Of a stretch of 64,000 nucleotides of DNA, positions 62,731-64,000 are shown piece by piece. Within the stretch, counting starts at the first letter, position 1; every line of letters starts with the position of its first letter. Position numbers and translations under genes: made by a program. The notes under the pieces were generated by a model. It made no database searches and was not told the origin of the DNA. It saw only the letters and a list, made by a program, of their open reading frames with translations. The stretch is from an uncultured Bacilli bacterium (GTDB lineage: Bacteria; Bacillota_I; Bacilli_A; RF39; UBA660). Where the stretch lies: contig CANQFD010000002.1 in NCBI GenBank assembly GCA_947598325.1, forward strand, positions 26,765 to 90,764, read 5' to 3'.

Positions 62731-62749
62731 AATTATCATATTGTAAATT

Positions 62750-63460
62750 TTAAAGAGTATTTAAAGTTGAAATAAAGTTTTTAGAAGAGGTACATAAGCC
62801 TCCAACCATAACCCCATCACTATAATTTAAAATTTCTTTAATATTATTTTCATTAACACTTCCACCATATATAACTGGTATATTAGATTCATAAGATAAA
62901 AGAATAGATTTTATGTATTTTACCATATCATTAATATCATTAGTATTCAAAGCCTTATTACCACCTATACAGTATATAGGCTCATATGCAATAATTACCC
63001 TTTTTAAATCATTCTTGTTTACATTATTAAGTGCCAATTTAATTTGATTTTCCAAAATACTTTTTCTTCTATTAGAATTTTTTTCAGTAATATTTTCTCC
63101 AATACATAATATAACATTTAAATTCGAATCTAAACTTGCTCTTAATTTTTTATTCACTATTTCATCTGTTTCATTAAAATTTATTCTTCTTTCACTATGT
63201 CCTATTATTACATAACCAATGCCTAGTTCCTTTAATTGATTTGGTGATATTTCGCCAGTATATGGTCCTTTGCTTTCAAAAAAAACATTTTGTGCTCCAA
63301 CATTATATTTTTTAGTATCAAATAAATTTATATGAATAAAAGATGGACATGTTATTAAAGTTATAGTTTCTGATTTAAAATCTCCAAGTGATTTTATATA
63401 TTCATTAATTTTATCTTTTGACATATTCATTTTCATATTAGCGACTACTACTTTTTTCAT
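62750..63460 (-). CDS. tpiA: Triosephosphate isomerase family protein
   Basis: ANMKMN, IIGHSERR and IAYEPIYCIGG match the TIM catalytic Lys/His/Glu motifs. Its start overlaps the upstream glycosyltransferase gene by 23 nt. Confidence 0.7.
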   Translation of the reverse strand: MKKVVVANMKMNMSKDKINEYIKSLGDFKSETITLITCPSFIHINLFDTKKYNVGAQNVFFESKGPYTGEISPNQLKELGIGYVIIGHSERRINFNETDEIVNKKLRASLDSNLNVILCIGENITEKNSNRRKSILENQIKLALNNVNKNDLKRVIIAYEPIYCIGGNKALNTNDINDMVKYIKSILLSYESNIPVIYGGSVNENNIKEILNYSDGVMVGGLCTSSKNFISTLNTL

Positions 63461-64000
63461 TTTTACTTTTCCTTTTTTTAATAGTATTTTTTATTTTATT
63501 TATAAATTTTCTATTCTTTTCATTATAATCTTTTATAGCTATATTATATACATCTAATACTCTTTCTGCAAAATATTTAGATGACTGAGAATCTGACAAT
63601 ATTCTAGATTGTTTTGATAATCTTGACTCCAATTTCTTATCATTATATATTTTAAAAATATAATTTATATATTCTTCATCACAATTATATAAATAACCAT
63701 TTAAATCATTTATAACTGAATTTATAAAACTCTCATCATTAATTGCAATAACTGGAAGAGAAGAAGCCATTGCTTCAATTACAGTTAATCCTTGAGTCTC
63801 CGTAATTGATGCTGTTGCAAATACATTTCCTAGTTGATAATAATATTTAACTTCATCTAAAGGTACCTTTCCTACAAATATGACATTGTTTTTAATACCA
63901 AGTCTTTTAGATAAATTAATTAATTTATCCATATCAGGGCCATCACCAACAATAAGTAATTTTATATTTGGATATTTTTTTACTATTTCTTTATGATTGA
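63438..64000 (-). CDS. GT1/GT4-type glycosyltransferase, C-terminal part (5' end beyond the window)
   Basis: The reading frame stays open past the track's ATG at 63932: ...KYPNIKLLIVGDGPDMDKLINLSKRLGIKNNVIFVGKVP...TETQGLTVIEAMASSLPVIA. Confidence 0.8.
   Translation of the reverse strand, partial: NHKEIVKKYPNIKLLIVGDGPDMDKLINLSKRLGIKNNVIFVGKVPLDEVKYYYQLGNVFATASITETQGLTVIEAMASSLPVIAINDESFINSVINDLNGYLYNCDEEYINYIFKIYNDKKLESRLSKQSRILSDSQSSKYFAERVLDVYNIAIKDYNEKNRKFINKIKNTIKKRKSKNEKSSSR

Overview
This is a very AT-rich chromosomal window from a spore-forming, low-GC Bacillota organism. It carries spo0A, a gerA-type operon and cotJ genes, and uses the standard genetic code. I cannot name the species.

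Most of 9.4-33 kb and 39-64 kb is ordinary minus-strand housekeeping with Bacillus-like synteny. It includes tyrS with a Tyr T-box, rpsD, ezrA, RNase J, ftsK/spoIIIE, two M16 peptidases and deoD. It also holds a heat-shock cluster of clpB, htpG and hsp20.

Three things stand out.

1. The first 9.2 kb is a single minus-strand ORF of more than 3,060 codons that the supplied ORF track misses, because its stop lies outside the window. It starts at 9182. It encodes a signal peptide, three tandem ~1.4-kb units (each with cadherin-like beta-sandwich repeats plus a ~275-aa glycine-rich module), and then about 18 more cadherin-like repeats. All the Leu-rich plus-strand ORFs listed there are antisense shadows.

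2. Next to a tRNA-Cys/tRNA-Gly pair sits a compact putative integrative mobilizable element of roughly 5.5 kb. It has a large serine recombinase overlapping a MOBV (Pre/Mob) relaxase. It also has a candidate oriT hairpin, a promoter + mini-ORF + terminator leader ahead of the recombinase, and a 516-aa cargo protein of unknown function.

3. The heat-shock wiring is unusual. CIRCE operators are embedded in the promoters of htpG and of a clpB gene that lacks the N-terminal domain.

Smaller oddities are a CotJA-CotJB fusion, a 14-Cys acidic mini-protein near a ZIP transporter, an RNase J with a degenerate metal motif, and tandem 0A boxes upstream of spo0A. I saw no CRISPR array, rRNA or transposase.
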